A DNA stretch of 64,000 nt from Candidatus Latescibacterota bacterium (GCA_038279365.1 JAYODI010000009.1:27928-91927), one strand, 5' to 3'. Positions 29,472 through 40,674 are shown, numbered from the stretch's first letter. The notes: generated by a model from the sequence alone, not told the origin. Made by a program: numbers and translations.

Positions 29472-31778
29472 ATGCCTTTCATCCTTGTTTTGATCTTACT
29501 TTTTGCCCATACAATCCAAGCCCAAAGCCCTTCATCTAACATTCAAAAACAAATATCTCAACTTAAAAAAGACCTGCCATCAGCTACAGATCCCGCAGCC
29601 ACAGAGGCACGCCTGGGCCTTTTGTATTTGCGTATAGAACAAGCAGACAGTGCCAAAGCGGCCTTTGAAAGAGCACTCAAACACAACCCAGACCTTGCCA
29701 TTGCACACACAGGGCTTGGTCGCATAGCACTCGAAATAAACAATCAACCCGAAAAAGCGCTCCCCCACTTTGAAGCCGCAACCCAAGCAGATACCATAGA
29801 TGCACGCCCTCACGACCTGCTTATTAAAACACACCTCAAACTTAACCATACAGGCAAAGAAGCACGCAATGCAGCAGATCGCGCCATGCGCTTATTTCCC
29901 AACCTGGCCTCTCCACACTTGCTCAGAGCCCGTGTCCATGAAAAAGACAACTCACAAGATGTCGCCCTATTTTATTTTAAAAATTACCTCGACCGCCAAC
30001 CCGAAGACCAAGAAATAGCCTATGACTTTGCCTTTGCCTTATACAAAGCAAAAAAATATAGCGAATTAGAAGAAATTGCTTCTCGCATGACCGATGTACG
30101 CGCCCTCCCACTTCTTGCCCAAGCACTCATACAACGCCGCGACCACGAAGGCGCGTTGGCCGCCTTTCAACGTTATATCGCGACACTTTCAGATGAAGAA
30201 CGTCCCCTCTACGAAGACATTTCCCTTGTAGGCACCAAGCGCGAAATCAGCGCCTATCGCATTTTGGCCATGTCAGACAATGCCGAACAACGCGACCGAT
30301 TTCTCGAACGTTTTTGGCTTCAAAAAGACGTCTTCAAAACATCGGGAGGCACCTTGCGACGTGCCGAACACTATCGCCGCGTCTGGCATGCCCGCACCCT
30401 TTATGGCAAAAAATGGCCCTGGGACAAACGCGGTGAGGTCTATATCCGTTGGGGCGAACCCGATTTTCGATCCAAATCTAACGAAATCAATGCCAAAGTT
30501 CCCTTAGATATTCAACTCGTTCAAGAAAGTATGGCCCATCAACTTTATGGCAATGAAGGGCTTGATGCCACTTTTGTTGGCCCAGTTTTTCCTATCAAAA
30601 CCCAAAGCCTTGGCAGTTTTGCAAACACCTCAACAGATGAATTGGGTTTTACACAATACAAACCCGTTACAACCGCAAGCAACTGGAGTTCGGTACCTTG
30701 GGAAGTATGGATATATAAAACATTGGGCGATGGCATCGAAATTACGTTTACCGACGAATTCCTATCGGGCAATTATGACTATGCCCCCATGCCATCTCTT
30801 ACCGAAGCCGATTTTAAAAAATATGAAACCGAAGACCAATCTTATATGCGCGTCATTCAACGCCTCACCGAATTCTCACCAGCCACAGTGGTTCAGCGCG
30901 TTGTTTCAACAAATCCCGACTATTATAATATTGATGCGCTCGAACCCCTAGACTTCTATTTTGATGCCATCACCTTTAGAGGTCCCAACAACCAAACTGA
31001 GTTACAAATCAATTTTGGGCTTCCCATCGACAACGTCGCCTTAAGTTCCGACCCAGACACCACCATTATTGTAGAACGACGCACCGCACTTATCTATCCG
31101 CGTGCATTAGATTATCAAAAAACCAAACACTTGCTCTCAGTTCCCGTAAATGACAGCAATCGAGACCGTGGGCTTCAAGCCATCAGCCGTGTTGATCACA
31201 TTGCCCCACCCGGCGAATATGAACTGGCCATTGAAGCCTCTCGACAAAATGCCAACAAAGTAGGTGCCTATCAAGTTCCGCAACTCAAACTTCCCAACTA
31301 TCAAGACACAACCCACGTGCTTATCAGCGATCTTCAATTGGCATCGCGTATTCTCGATGCCACACAAGCACCCGACTCTTCTTTTATCAGAGGCAATTAT
31401 TACATCCAACCCCAACCCTCCGCCACCTTTTTGCCCATGGCCAACCAGGCCATGTATCTTTATTTTGAAATCTATAACCTTACGCCCGATACATTTGGTC
31501 AAACACGCTACGACATTTCTTATCAAGTACAACAACGAAGTGAACAAAGTTTCTCACTTATACCGCTTTTGGGCAACTTAGGAGGCACCAAAAAAGCCGA
31601 ATCCGTAGGACTCAGCTTTGAACAGGTTGGCACCGATATAGACGTCAAAACCTATTTAGAATTGCCACTGATCAATCTCAAACCAGGCCGTTATAATCTG
31701 CAACTCACCATTTTAGACCGCAACACAGATCAAACAGTGAGCAAACAAGCCACATTCTTTATACCACGCACCCGATAA
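29472..31778 (+). CDS. TPR- and GWxTD-domain secreted protein
   Basis: Signal peptide, N-terminal TPR-like repeats, FW..KD....EHYRRV..A and WDKRGEVYIRWGEPD; C-terminal ISDLQLA/YFEIYNL/PGRY. Confidence 0.82.
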   Translation: MPFILVLILLFAHTIQAQSPSSNIQKQISQLKKDLPSATDPAATEARLGLLYLRIEQADSAKAAFERALKHNPDLAIAHTGLGRIALEINNQPEKALPHFEAATQADTIDARPHDLLIKTHLKLNHTGKEARNAADRAMRLFPNLASPHLLRARVHEKDNSQDVALFYFKNYLDRQPEDQEIAYDFAFALYKAKKYSELEEIASRMTDVRALPLLAQALIQRRDHEGALAAFQRYIATLSDEERPLYEDISLVGTKREISAYRILAMSDNAEQRDRFLERFWLQKDVFKTSGGTLRRAEHYRRVWHARTLYGKKWPWDKRGEVYIRWGEPDFRSKSNEINAKVPLDIQLVQESMAHQLYGNEGLDATFVGPVFPIKTQSLGSFANTSTDELGFTQYKPVTTASNWSSVPWEVWIYKTLGDGIEITFTDEFLSGNYDYAPMPSLTEADFKKYETEDQSYMRVIQRLTEFSPATVVQRVVSTNPDYYNIDALEPLDFYFDAITFRGPNNQTELQINFGLPIDNVALSSDPDTTIIVERRTALIYPRALDYQKTKHLLSVPVNDSNRDRGLQAISRVDHIAPPGEYELAIEASRQNANKVGAYQVPQLKLPNYQDTTHVLISDLQLASRILDATQAPDSSFIRGNYYIQPQPSATFLPMANQAMYLYFEIYNLTPDTFGQTRYDISYQVQQRSEQSFSLIPLLGNLGGTKKAESVGLSFEQVGTDIDVKTYLELPLINLKPGRYNLQLTILDRNTDQTVSKQATFFIPRTR

Positions 31779-31787
31779 AACAACTGC

Positions 31788-32318
31788 TTAAGATGTTTTC
31801 ATAACATAGGTGCCAGCCATCCGATCATGCCAAGCTTGACCATCGGGGTGGCGTTTTGCACCGCGCAACAAAAACAACCACAAAATAGATCCCATAAAAA
31901 TAACGGAAGAAGAAATCATAGCAGAATGTGAGTCCACTTCTACTTGCTCAATCAACTCACGCTGCCCCTCTCGATTTCGCAATTCTTCAGGCATCACAAT
32001 GGCAAGCGCAATAAACACACCAAAAATGGGCAACCATTTTAATGCTGCGCGCTTAAACGTTTGGCCATAATCCAAACCACCATCACCAGCAGGGATCACT
32101 CGAAGCCCAAATGCCATCATCCCCAACGTCTGCCCGCGCATCCCCACCATAAGCCCCGAATAGAAAATAGCAAGGGCAAAGTCTACCAACCACAAACCCG
32201 TAGGCGACAACACCATGCCACGTATCACCACAGATAACCCAAAATGCAAAATCACCAAATCCAACAGGGTTGCCACCACCCGACGCCCCACACCCGCAAT
32301 CTCACTTTGCAACAACAT
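31788..32318 (-). CDS. RDD family membrane protein
   Basis: GRRVVATLLD, GQTLGMMAFGLRV, QAWHDRMAGTYV. Confidence 0.9.
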   Translation of the reverse strand: MLLQSEIAGVGRRVVATLLDLVILHFGLSVVIRGMVLSPTGLWLVDFALAIFYSGLMVGMRGQTLGMMAFGLRVIPAGDGGLDYGQTFKRAALKWLPIFGVFIALAIVMPEELRNREGQRELIEQVEVDSHSAMISSSVIFMGSILWLFLLRGAKRHPDGQAWHDRMAGTYVMKTS

Positions 32319-32409
32319 GCCCACACTCCAGTCAGCACCTCAAACAATAAGGCGTCCCACTCCGTTTTAATCCCACACCACTTTCAAATATCTGTCCCCA
32401 TATGCGATA

Positions 32410-33099
32410 TTAATGTGGCCAAAGTTTTTGAACACTTTCATAGCGTTCGACAGTACCCACATCCATCAAAAAACCATCTATAGCGACACCTGCCATACGG
32501 CCAGATAGCTTTGGTATAATATCAAAACCAAAATCAACCGGTGAGGGTTGATCACCAATCACATCAAAAATCTCTGGCGAAACAGCATATATGCCCGCAT
32601 TGGCCAAATTGCTCGCTGGATTTTGAGGCTTTTCCACAAAATCTATAATATGCCCGTCCTTATCTAAGGTGGCAATACCACATTCTTTTGGAAAGGGAGT
32701 ATGGAACAAACCCATGGTTAAAATTGAATCTCCTTTTTGATGGCGATCCCAAATAACCGACAAATTTGTATCGGTCAAGTTGTCGGCATAACACACCAAA
32801 AAATCATCATTCCCCACAAAATTGCGATTGGCACGCACTGTGCCCGCACTGCCCATCAACTCGGGTTCATGAAACAACCGCACCCGATCTTTCCACGGAT
32901 GAACAATAAAATGAGCCTCCACCAAATCAGATAAATGGTGCATATTCACCAATACCTCATTCACACCCAAGTCATCAAACAAATCAAACCAATAATCAAT
33001 TAAAGGACGCCCGCGAACAGGTACCAAACACTTCGGTATATGATCTGTCAATGGGCGCAATCGCGTACCCAAACCACCAGCCAACAAAAAAACCTTCAT
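32410..33099 (-). CDS. Sugar-phosphate nucleotidyltransferase (HddC-like)
   Basis: LAGGLGTRLRPLT..PKCL, FVEKP, ANAGIY, DVGT. Confidence 0.88.
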   Translation of the reverse strand: MKVFLLAGGLGTRLRPLTDHIPKCLVPVRGRPLIDYWFDLFDDLGVNEVLVNMHHLSDLVEAHFIVHPWKDRVRLFHEPELMGSAGTVRANRNFVGNDDFLVCYADNLTDTNLSVIWDRHQKGDSILTMGLFHTPFPKECGIATLDKDGHIIDFVEKPQNPASNLANAGIYAVSPEIFDVIGDQPSPVDFGFDIIPKLSGRMAGVAIDGFLMDVGTVERYESVQKLWPH

Positions 33100-33154
33100 A
33101 TATACTCCCAACCCATACAAGAATATTGAAAAGATACAAAATAAAAACGCATCT

Positions 33155-34264
33155 CTACTTCTTGATTTCTCTTACCACATTTAAAGATTTCATACGCGCT
33201 TGTGCATAAGCCAACACATCATCCACATTGTCCATATCTTCTAACCAAGCTTTGTAATCTCCCACACTTTTTTCAGGTGTATGTTGAGGGGTCCACCCCA
33301 AGGCCTTCAACTTAGAAATATCCGACACAATATGCCGCGTATCACCAAATCGAAACGCACCAGTTAACTCTGGTGCCAAGTCTTTTTTATAAACTTTCGC
33401 GGCAATACGTGCAAAATCCAACACCGTATATGCAATGCCTCCTCCCACATTAAACATTTCGTAGTTGGCTTTCTCATTTTCAAGTACCAACACGTTGGCT
33501 CGCACCACATCTTCTACATTCACATAATCGCGCAGTTGCAAACCATCTTCATAAACAGGGGGGCGATGATCAAAGTGGAGCGACAGACAAAACACACGGC
33601 AAGCACCCGAATAAGCATTATATAATGATTGCCCAGGCCCTTGCACAATAGAATACCGCATGGCCACAGACGGGATACCATATCGTTTGCCCAAATTGAG
33701 CGCAATCATCTCTTGTGTATATTTTGACATCGCATATTGATTTTGTGGCCGAATAACCGCTTCATCGGTTGCCAAGCTTTCAGCTACGTGCCCATCGGGG
33801 CCTACAATTTCGAAATCACCGCGTTCCAATGCTTCTACAGATCGAATGTCGGGATAAAAAATTTCACCCGATTGACTGCGATATTTGCCTTCTCCATACG
33901 CCGCCTGAGAAGAGGCCACCACCACTTTTTGGATGGGCAAATTCTTCTCCACAATAATTTCATACAACAAAGCCGTGCCTGCTGCATTGACTGTAAAAAA
34001 CGTGCTAAAGTCTGGTAAATAATCCTGATAAGCTGCCAAATGATAAACCGCATCAATCCCATCCAATGCCCGAATCATATCCTCCTTACACGTCACATCG
34101 CCCACCATCAGCTCGGCACCTTCGGGCATATTGAAGGGCTTGCCATCTTTGTGCACCGGTGGTTTTAAACTATCCAAAACCCGTACCTGATGCCCCTTAG
34201 CCAACAATGCCCGCCCCGTATGTGACCCAATAAATCCAGCACCACCCGTAATCAATATATGCAT
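33155..34264 (-). CDS. NAD-dependent epimerase/dehydratase
   Basis: TGGAGFIGSH, HLAA, YAMSK catalytic YxxxK, RDYVNVED. Confidence 0.92.
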   Translation of the reverse strand: MHILITGGAGFIGSHTGRALLAKGHQVRVLDSLKPPVHKDGKPFNMPEGAELMVGDVTCKEDMIRALDGIDAVYHLAAYQDYLPDFSTFFTVNAAGTALLYEIIVEKNLPIQKVVVASSQAAYGEGKYRSQSGEIFYPDIRSVEALERGDFEIVGPDGHVAESLATDEAVIRPQNQYAMSKYTQEMIALNLGKRYGIPSVAMRYSIVQGPGQSLYNAYSGACRVFCLSLHFDHRPPVYEDGLQLRDYVNVEDVVRANVLVLENEKANYEMFNVGGGIAYTVLDFARIAAKVYKKDLAPELTGAFRFGDTRHIVSDISKLKALGWTPQHTPEKSVGDYKAWLEDMDNVDDVLAYAQARMKSLNVVREIKK

Positions 34265-34281
34265 TTAAAAACCTCAAAATG

Positions 34282-34458
34282 AAAATCTGTGAAACGGCAA
34301 ATGTGAAACGGCAAATGTGAAAACTTTAAAATCTGTGAAACGGCAAATGTAAAAACTTTAAAATCAATCAAACAAACCAATCACGCAATCAAATCACACG
34401 ATTGATTCGTTTGCCATTTGCCATTTGCCATTTGCCGTTTCACATCTGCCGTCTGCCC
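34282..34458. repeat. Bipartite inverted 7-nt tandem repeat element
   Basis: Left arm of tgtgaaa/cggcaaa units with an internal duplication; right arm tttgcca x3, tttgccg, tttcaca, tctgccg, tctgccc, complementary to the left. Confidence 0.9.
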
Positions 34459-34462
34459 GCAT

Positions 34463-35458
34463 TCATTCTTTCGGCCAACCATCACGCCGTACATTAAAAA
34501 TAACCTTGCTGCCATCACGCTCAAGTGCAAATGGCATCTCGCGATAATCAGACAAGGCCTCAGCAACGGCATCTTGTCGATCGGGTGGACAATACAACAG
34601 TAAAAATCCACCTCCACCAGCACCCGAAATCTTCCCTCCCAACGCCCCCGCTTCTCTGGCCCGATTATACATCATATCCAACTCAGTATCACTAATGCGC
34701 GAAGCCAATGACTTTTTGAGTTGCCAACCTCGATCCAGCAAAGCCCCCACCGCATCCACCCGCCCTTCTTCCAAAAACATTTTAGCTTCTAACGCCTGAT
34801 CGCTCATTTGACGCAACACAGCGTTTTTCTCATCAATACTTGACTGTTGTTCTTCCAAAATTTCTGACGAACGTCGGGTGCGGTTCGTAAAAAAGAGCAT
34901 CAAATTATTGCTTAGCCGACGGCGAAATGTGTCTGTCATATCCACACGTTCGGCAGTCACACACCCATCTTCACCAAATGTAAACAAACGCAAACCACCA
35001 TAAGCGGCGATATACTGATCTTGCACACCAATGGGTTTGCCCAAAATATCAATTTCAATTTCACAAGCCTCACGCGCCAAACGCTCGGCAGGCACTTGTT
35101 CGCCCTGATAGGTATACAAAGCATTGAGCAACCCTACCGTAATGCTGCTGGATGAGCCCAAGCCAGAGCCTTCAGATGGAATATCTGCCAAAGTGGTAAT
35201 TTCTACGCCATCCAAAACACCTGTTTTGCGCATGGTCTCCCGAACCAACTCGTGTTGCAAATCATCAATGTGATCTACTATTTCCTTCTGCGAATAGTTC
35301 ACATAAATCTTGTTATCAAAACGCTCTTTTATAATCACAAACAAATACTTATCAATAGCCGTGCTTAAAACACGACCTGTTTCTTGCAAATAAAAACCAG
35401 GAAAATCTGTTCCCCCACCGGCAAAACTAATGCGCAAAGGCGTTTGCGTAATAATCAT
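34463..35458 (-). CDS. GHMP kinase, heptose-7-phosphate kinase (HddA-like)
   Basis: [45 protein letters not shown]. Confidence 0.88.
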   Translation of the reverse strand: MIITQTPLRISFAGGGTDFPGFYLQETGRVLSTAIDKYLFVIIKERFDNKIYVNYSQKEIVDHIDDLQHELVRETMRKTGVLDGVEITTLADIPSEGSGLGSSSSITVGLLNALYTYQGEQVPAERLAREACEIEIDILGKPIGVQDQYIAAYGGLRLFTFGEDGCVTAERVDMTDTFRRRLSNNLMLFFTNRTRRSSEILEEQQSSIDEKNAVLRQMSDQALEAKMFLEEGRVDAVGALLDRGWQLKKSLASRISDTELDMMYNRAREAGALGGKISGAGGGGFLLLYCPPDRQDAVAEALSDYREMPFALERDGSKVIFNVRRDGWPKE

Positions 35459-35490
35459 GAAAACCCTTTCCGAAACACCACCCGTTAAAA

Positions 35491-36267
35491 TCAAATATCA
35501 ATTTCTGCCGACACAAAATAATGATCACTTGGAAACCGACCATCCTGCGCATCATCAATGATCTCTGCCCGTGTCACCCTGACAGCACCACGCACAAAAA
35601 CCCAATCCATCTTGTCTACACGCGATTTTTCAGCAAATGCAGGCCCATCAAAAGCGTGATACGTAAAACCAGGTGCCTCTGTGCCATGCACGGTTCCATA
35701 AGTATCCACCCAACCACGGTCTTTCAAAACACCGATGGCCGCATTATGTGTATCGCAATTCAGGTCACCTGTCAAGATCTGTGGGTAGTGTTCAGGATAA
35801 GCCACCGCATCTTCACAAATGATACGCGCTTGATTTTCACGCGCCACTTGCCCACGATGATCTAAGTGTGTATTCACCACACGAAACTCTTTACCCGAAG
35901 CACGTTCTTTCAAGCGCAACCAATTTGCCAAACGCACACACGCACTGTCCCACGACTTAGACCCCGTCACATGAGGCGTTTCAGATAACCAGTAGCCTCC
36001 CGCAGACAGCAAATCAAACGCATCACGCCGATAAAAAATGGTATTCATCGGATAAAAAGTCTGCGGTTCATCAATCATCCCATACGAATCAAACTCGGGA
36101 AAAGCAGGTTTCATATCGGCAAATTGCTCAGCCCACATTTCCTGAAAACAAATAAGATCAGGTGTGCGAGATCGAATAATTTCTGCACAAAAGTCTTTAC
36201 GGTGTGACCAATGATCTTCACCATCATTGCCACCATAACACCGGATATTACATGTCATAATCAACAT
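35491..36267 (-). CDS. Endonuclease/exonuclease/phosphatase family protein
   Basis: MTCNIR, DLICFQE, WLSETP, NTHLDH, TGDLN, PSDHY. Confidence 0.92.
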   Translation of the reverse strand: MLIMTCNIRCYGGNDGEDHWSHRKDFCAEIIRSRTPDLICFQEMWAEQFADMKPAFPEFDSYGMIDEPQTFYPMNTIFYRRDAFDLLSAGGYWLSETPHVTGSKSWDSACVRLANWLRLKERASGKEFRVVNTHLDHRGQVARENQARIICEDAVAYPEHYPQILTGDLNCDTHNAAIGVLKDRGWVDTYGTVHGTEAPGFTYHAFDGPAFAEKSRVDKMDWVFVRGAVRVTRAEIIDDAQDGRFPSDHYFVSAEIDI

Positions 36268-36401
36268 AGGTCACACACTTTCCGTAGCTATAAAATCGTT
36301 AAAATCAATATCCTATCAGCAATCCAAATAGGCATCTGACACCCATTTCGACGCCACAAATTAATACACAATAGATGACAGAGTCAAGCACCGCATCTGT
36401 C

Positions 36402-38330
36402 TTACGGATCTTTAAAATAAATCTGTTCATGAAATACTGGACGACTCCATCCCAAAAAGGCATTATCACCAATGTTTTCACGTGGCACATTGCCCAACCG
36501 CGTGCTGGCCCCCCATATATTATACATAGACCCCAAAGCAATGATGGGCACATTTTCAGAGTGCAAATCACGAGCACGTGTCATATATCCGCGCAGTTTG
36601 CTGGTATCAACCGTTGTCATTGCCATTTTCAAATTATCGGTCACTTCCCACAACCAATCAGGCCCCTCTTCAAACGAATTTTGATGCCAATAAGGAACAT
36701 TCTTTGCCATAATCCCCCAGCCTATTGCGTAAAACAAAGGGTCATTGGGCCCTTCCAAGCCCCAATAGTGCACGTCATATTCATTATTGTACCGGCGTGG
36801 AAAAATAATGTCACGCAATGCTCCGTTCAAATGCACCTTAATGCCCACAGCCTCCCAATGTGCCGCCACCAATTCGCTCACAGCTTGATCAGAGAACAAA
36901 CCACCCGGATGAACAAAATCAATGGTCAACTCAAATCGAGAACCATCGGCCAACTCTCGAAAACCGTCGCCATCGGCATCTCGATATCCAGCCTCATCCA
37001 ATAAACGCCCTGCCAATTGAGGATCATATGTGGAATACATTCGATACATTTTTTCATCAAAGTAAGGACTTAATGGCCCAAACGAAAACCCCGCAGGATC
37101 GAGCAAACCATGAAAAACAATCTCATTGATCTCTTCCCGATTAATCGCCTGTGACATGGCCATGCGTACCTTTTTATTACGAAAAGCTTCACGCAACAGT
37201 GGCTTCTGGCAATCCCAATTAACATGATAAGCTGGCCCACGCCCAGGCCCCGTAATACGCACCACAAACTTGCCTTTGCGTTCCTCACTTTTTAATGTGG
37301 GCAGCATATCCACACGGGCATAACGCCCCATCAAATCCAGTTCCCCATTCATAAACCGCAGCAAAATCACCTGCGTATCTTGAATCACATTAAATGCCAA
37401 AGAGTCTGCATAGGGCAACTGATTACCCGCCGTATCTACTTTCCAATAATATGGATTGCGTTCATAGACAATGCGTTCTCCGCGCCGCCACGCCACAGGC
37501 ACCCAAGCCGACAAACGGGGTATGCCCGGTTTTAAAATCTGATTACCCACCGTCGTGCTGTCGCGAAAAGATTCATATGTGGCATTCGGATTGTACTTTG
37601 GATGCCATGGTGACATCACGTGCTTTGGTGCTGCAATGAGTTCTCGGCACAACTCGGGTAACAAACGCCCCAAAGGTTTAGGAGAACTGATTTTAAGCGT
37701 ATAATCATCTACTTTTTCCAAGAGAATCGGTTCATCATCTACAATCCAACCAGCCGGTGGAAATGGGTTTGCCCGAGCATCGTCGTCAAACGTCATATCG
37801 TAGTACCAAAACAAAATATCATCAACTGTAAATGGATGTCCGTCAGACCACTTCACACCCTTTCTCAAATAAAAAAGAGCCACACGTCCATCTTCCAAAA
37901 ACTCATATCGTTCTGCCAAACCCAAGACAATACTATCAGGTAAAGGCTGTGAAAACCCCATCAAGTTCTCATTCAACGTTTTGGTTGGCCCTGCCGTTTG
38001 GATAATATCACCCGTAAGTGCCCGTCGAATCATACCACCATATTCCCCTATGGTATCAACAGGCACAACCACCAATGGATTATCGGGCAACCGCTCAGAC
38101 ACAGGTGGCAAAGCCCCCAGCGCCACCTGCTGGGTCAACATGGGTGCTTCATGAAAAGCACGTGTGTTTAAAATGTCAGGATCTATTTCTTTGGGTGCTC
38201 GCGTCTCCTGTTTTCGAGCCCCTTGCCGTTCCTGTCTGTTTTCAAATCCCGCACCTTCTTGCATCGGGTCTGACGCCAAACAGCCAACAAAACAAATCGT
38301 ACACATAAAAATAAAAACGCGATTAATCAT
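36402..38330 (-). CDS. ABC transporter substrate-binding lipoprotein (family 5)
   Basis: Lipobox FVGC; LPPVSERLP.NP, GVKWSDGHPFTVDD, NPYYWKVDTAGNQLPY. Confidence 0.9.
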   Translation of the reverse strand: MINRVFIFMCTICFVGCLASDPMQEGAGFENRQERQGARKQETRAPKEIDPDILNTRAFHEAPMLTQQVALGALPPVSERLPDNPLVVVPVDTIGEYGGMIRRALTGDIIQTAGPTKTLNENLMGFSQPLPDSIVLGLAERYEFLEDGRVALFYLRKGVKWSDGHPFTVDDILFWYYDMTFDDDARANPFPPAGWIVDDEPILLEKVDDYTLKISSPKPLGRLLPELCRELIAAPKHVMSPWHPKYNPNATYESFRDSTTVGNQILKPGIPRLSAWVPVAWRRGERIVYERNPYYWKVDTAGNQLPYADSLAFNVIQDTQVILLRFMNGELDLMGRYARVDMLPTLKSEERKGKFVVRITGPGRGPAYHVNWDCQKPLLREAFRNKKVRMAMSQAINREEINEIVFHGLLDPAGFSFGPLSPYFDEKMYRMYSTYDPQLAGRLLDEAGYRDADGDGFRELADGSRFELTIDFVHPGGLFSDQAVSELVAAHWEAVGIKVHLNGALRDIIFPRRYNNEYDVHYWGLEGPNDPLFYAIGWGIMAKNVPYWHQNSFEEGPDWLWEVTDNLKMAMTTVDTSKLRGYMTRARDLHSENVPIIALGSMYNIWGASTRLGNVPRENIGDNAFLGWSRPVFHEQIYFKDP

Positions 38331-38449
38331 ATCACACACTTTAAGGTTAAATGGAAAGGATCAAAAACCGGACACCTGCAAGAAACGTCACCAACCACCA
38401 AATGATGCCAATTACCACCCATTAGGACACTTTCTAAAATCTCATAAAG

Positions 38450-39226
38450 CTAATGACGCGCAATCAACATACGCGTAATCGCCATAGACAATGCACGCGG
38501 TGCAAAACGATTGCTTTGTGCCAATATCCTGTTCAAAAGGCCATGTACGGCTACGCGCTTGCCACGCATCATCACTTTATAACCATACTTTGCCACATCG
38601 GCACCCGTGGGCAATTTGCGTGTTTCAAACAAACGTGAGCCTTTTGCACCTGCAGCATCTTGAAAACCCGTTGCCGTGGCCCCAGGGCACAGCGCCGTCA
38701 CCGTAACGCCCGTACCTTTCAACTCATTTGAAATGGCTTCCGAAAAAGACAACACATACGCCTTACTCGCAAAATAAGCCGCCATCAATGGCCCAGGTTG
38801 AAACGATGCCGTCGACGCCACATTCAAAATACGCCCCGATCCACGCGTGATAAAATCTGGCACAAATAACTTTGTCAAATGTGTGAGTGCCACAATATTG
38901 AGTTGCAACATCGCCGCTTCATCTTTCCAAACCGTATCCTTAAACTCACCAAACACACCAAAGCCCGCATTGTTCACCAAAAAATCGACGTCCAAACCCA
39001 GTTTTTTCACCGCGTCATATAATTCTTGCGCCGCACCCACCACAGACAAATCACAAACAATGACTTCCGCTTTTACCTGATATGTCTCCGACACTTCCTT
39101 CGCCAAGGCCACCAATTTATCTTCCGACCTCGCCGACAAAATCACATCTACACCATTTGCCGCACATACCCGCGCCAATTCCAACCCAATACCACTTGAT
39201 GCACCTGTAATCAATGCCGTTGCCAT
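38450..39226 (-). CDS. SDR family oxidoreductase
   Basis: TGASSGIG, NNAGFG, YFASK; ATG 39226 preferred over ORF start 39448. Confidence 0.92.
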   Translation of the reverse strand: MATALITGASSGIGLELARVCAANGVDVILSARSEDKLVALAKEVSETYQVKAEVIVCDLSVVGAAQELYDAVKKLGLDVDFLVNNAGFGVFGEFKDTVWKDEAAMLQLNIVALTHLTKLFVPDFITRGSGRILNVASTASFQPGPLMAAYFASKAYVLSFSEAISNELKGTGVTVTALCPGATATGFQDAAGAKGSRLFETRKLPTGADVAKYGYKVMMRGKRVAVHGLLNRILAQSNRFAPRALSMAITRMLIARH

Positions 39227-39351
39227 CACATAACCCTCACATAACAATTCAAAACAAAGCGCACATACCATCCGTGTATTCCACTCAGATATAAAACATC
39301 TGCCACATAATATCAATGAATAAAACCAAACACCCAATGCCATATAAGCAC

Positions 39352-39385
39352 AAAAAAGCCCCGCATTATAAAACACAGGGCTTTT
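39352..39385 (-). terminator. Possible terminator
   Basis: aaaagccc/gggctttt stem with a long loop. Confidence 0.45.
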
Positions 39386-39467
39386 GCGATAAACCATTTT
39401 TTTATAGCTACACATCCATACCTCACACTTCACCACGGGTATTTGCACCTTAATTCATTTTCCTTTT

Positions 39468-40418
39468 TTATTTGACACGATAGTCTATGACATCAAAGGC
39501 CGTGACACGCGTTTGTCCGTCGGGCAAACGTTCCATCTGTTCAAAATTCCGAGTAACTGAAGGGGTTTCATATCCCGTATAAGGGGGCAGTAGGGTTGCT
39601 TTGAAGCTCAAAGTCGTCCCCCCTTCTGGGATATTGCCCGAAGGGCGTAGCGTATCGGAATATGCAATACTGCCCATACCTTTTGTCACAGGAATCGTCG
39701 TCTTCGTAATAACTTCAGGGTCGTGTTGTCGCATTTCGATAACAATTTCACCCTGTTCAGGTTCTGCCAATGTGTAGTTTATTGTGGTCACAAAAGGAAC
39801 CTTTTCTCCAGCCTTTAATTGTGTTTGATAGGGCGGTTGGATATTCTGAAAGTCAAAAAAAAGTTCAACATAAAAAGGCGGTCTGTTTGCTGATTGATTG
39901 ACGGAACGAAGTTGGCGATTAAATTCTTTGGACTTTTCTTCCATGAGTAAAATCAGATCATGGTCTGCGATATCATAGGTATAACCTTCTTGCTGTGCAT
40001 CAAGCGTAAAATAGACGGCACAGTTATCAATATAGAAGAACATATGGAAACGACGCCCTTCCCCAAAAGAGATCGTATTATCCGACGACGATCGTTTGAC
40101 AATATCGGGGTTGAAGTGCGCCATTGCATCTCGATGTCGGATACGCGCTTCTAATGCATCACCATACTTGAGAACATAACCCGTAATATATTGATTCTGA
40201 TATTCAAAGTATTGTGTCGCCAGTGAAGGAGCATAATATTTTTCGAAAATGGTATTTTCCAGCGTTGCCGAACGCACAGTGGTGAGAGGAATCTTTTGAA
40301 AGTCTTCAGGGAGTGCCAATAATGGTACTTCCATTTGAGATTCTTCTTTTAACTCTGGTTCAATGGGAACGGGACCGCAACCTACAAACAAAAATAGAAG
40401 CAAGAATCTCTTTTTCAT
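39468..40418 (-). CDS. Hypothetical lipoprotein
   Basis: MKKR, hydrophobic stretch, FVGC lipobox; no family recognised. Confidence 0.75.
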   Translation of the reverse strand: MKKRFLLLFLFVGCGPVPIEPELKEESQMEVPLLALPEDFQKIPLTTVRSATLENTIFEKYYAPSLATQYFEYQNQYITGYVLKYGDALEARIRHRDAMAHFNPDIVKRSSSDNTISFGEGRRFHMFFYIDNCAVYFTLDAQQEGYTYDIADHDLILLMEEKSKEFNRQLRSVNQSANRPPFYVELFFDFQNIQPPYQTQLKAGEKVPFVTTINYTLAEPEQGEIVIEMRQHDPEVITKTTIPVTKGMGSIAYSDTLRPSGNIPEGGTTLSFKATLLPPYTGYETPSVTRNFEQMERLPDGQTRVTAFDVIDYRVK

Positions 40419-40645
40419 CGATGCCCTCTAAAGATGAATGATTTGTTCAATCCCCAAAAATACCTAAGGCATAATTAGCAGACTTCTTTTCTAACTAAAA
40501 GTTTCAATAATTTAACACCTGAATAACCGTAAAAACAACACAAATTCGATAACCTATTGTTGGTTATAAAAATATACGCCTTTGAAGGTTTAAAGCATTC
40601 ATTTATGATTACATAAATAATGTTTTATTAAAGTGTAATTCTCTC

Positions 40646-40674
40646 TTTACACATATCCCAAATATCGCTATCCT
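40646..40674 (+). promoter_or_regulatory. sigma70-type promoter for the FAH-family gene
   Basis: TTTACA-N17-TATCCT. Confidence 0.5.
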
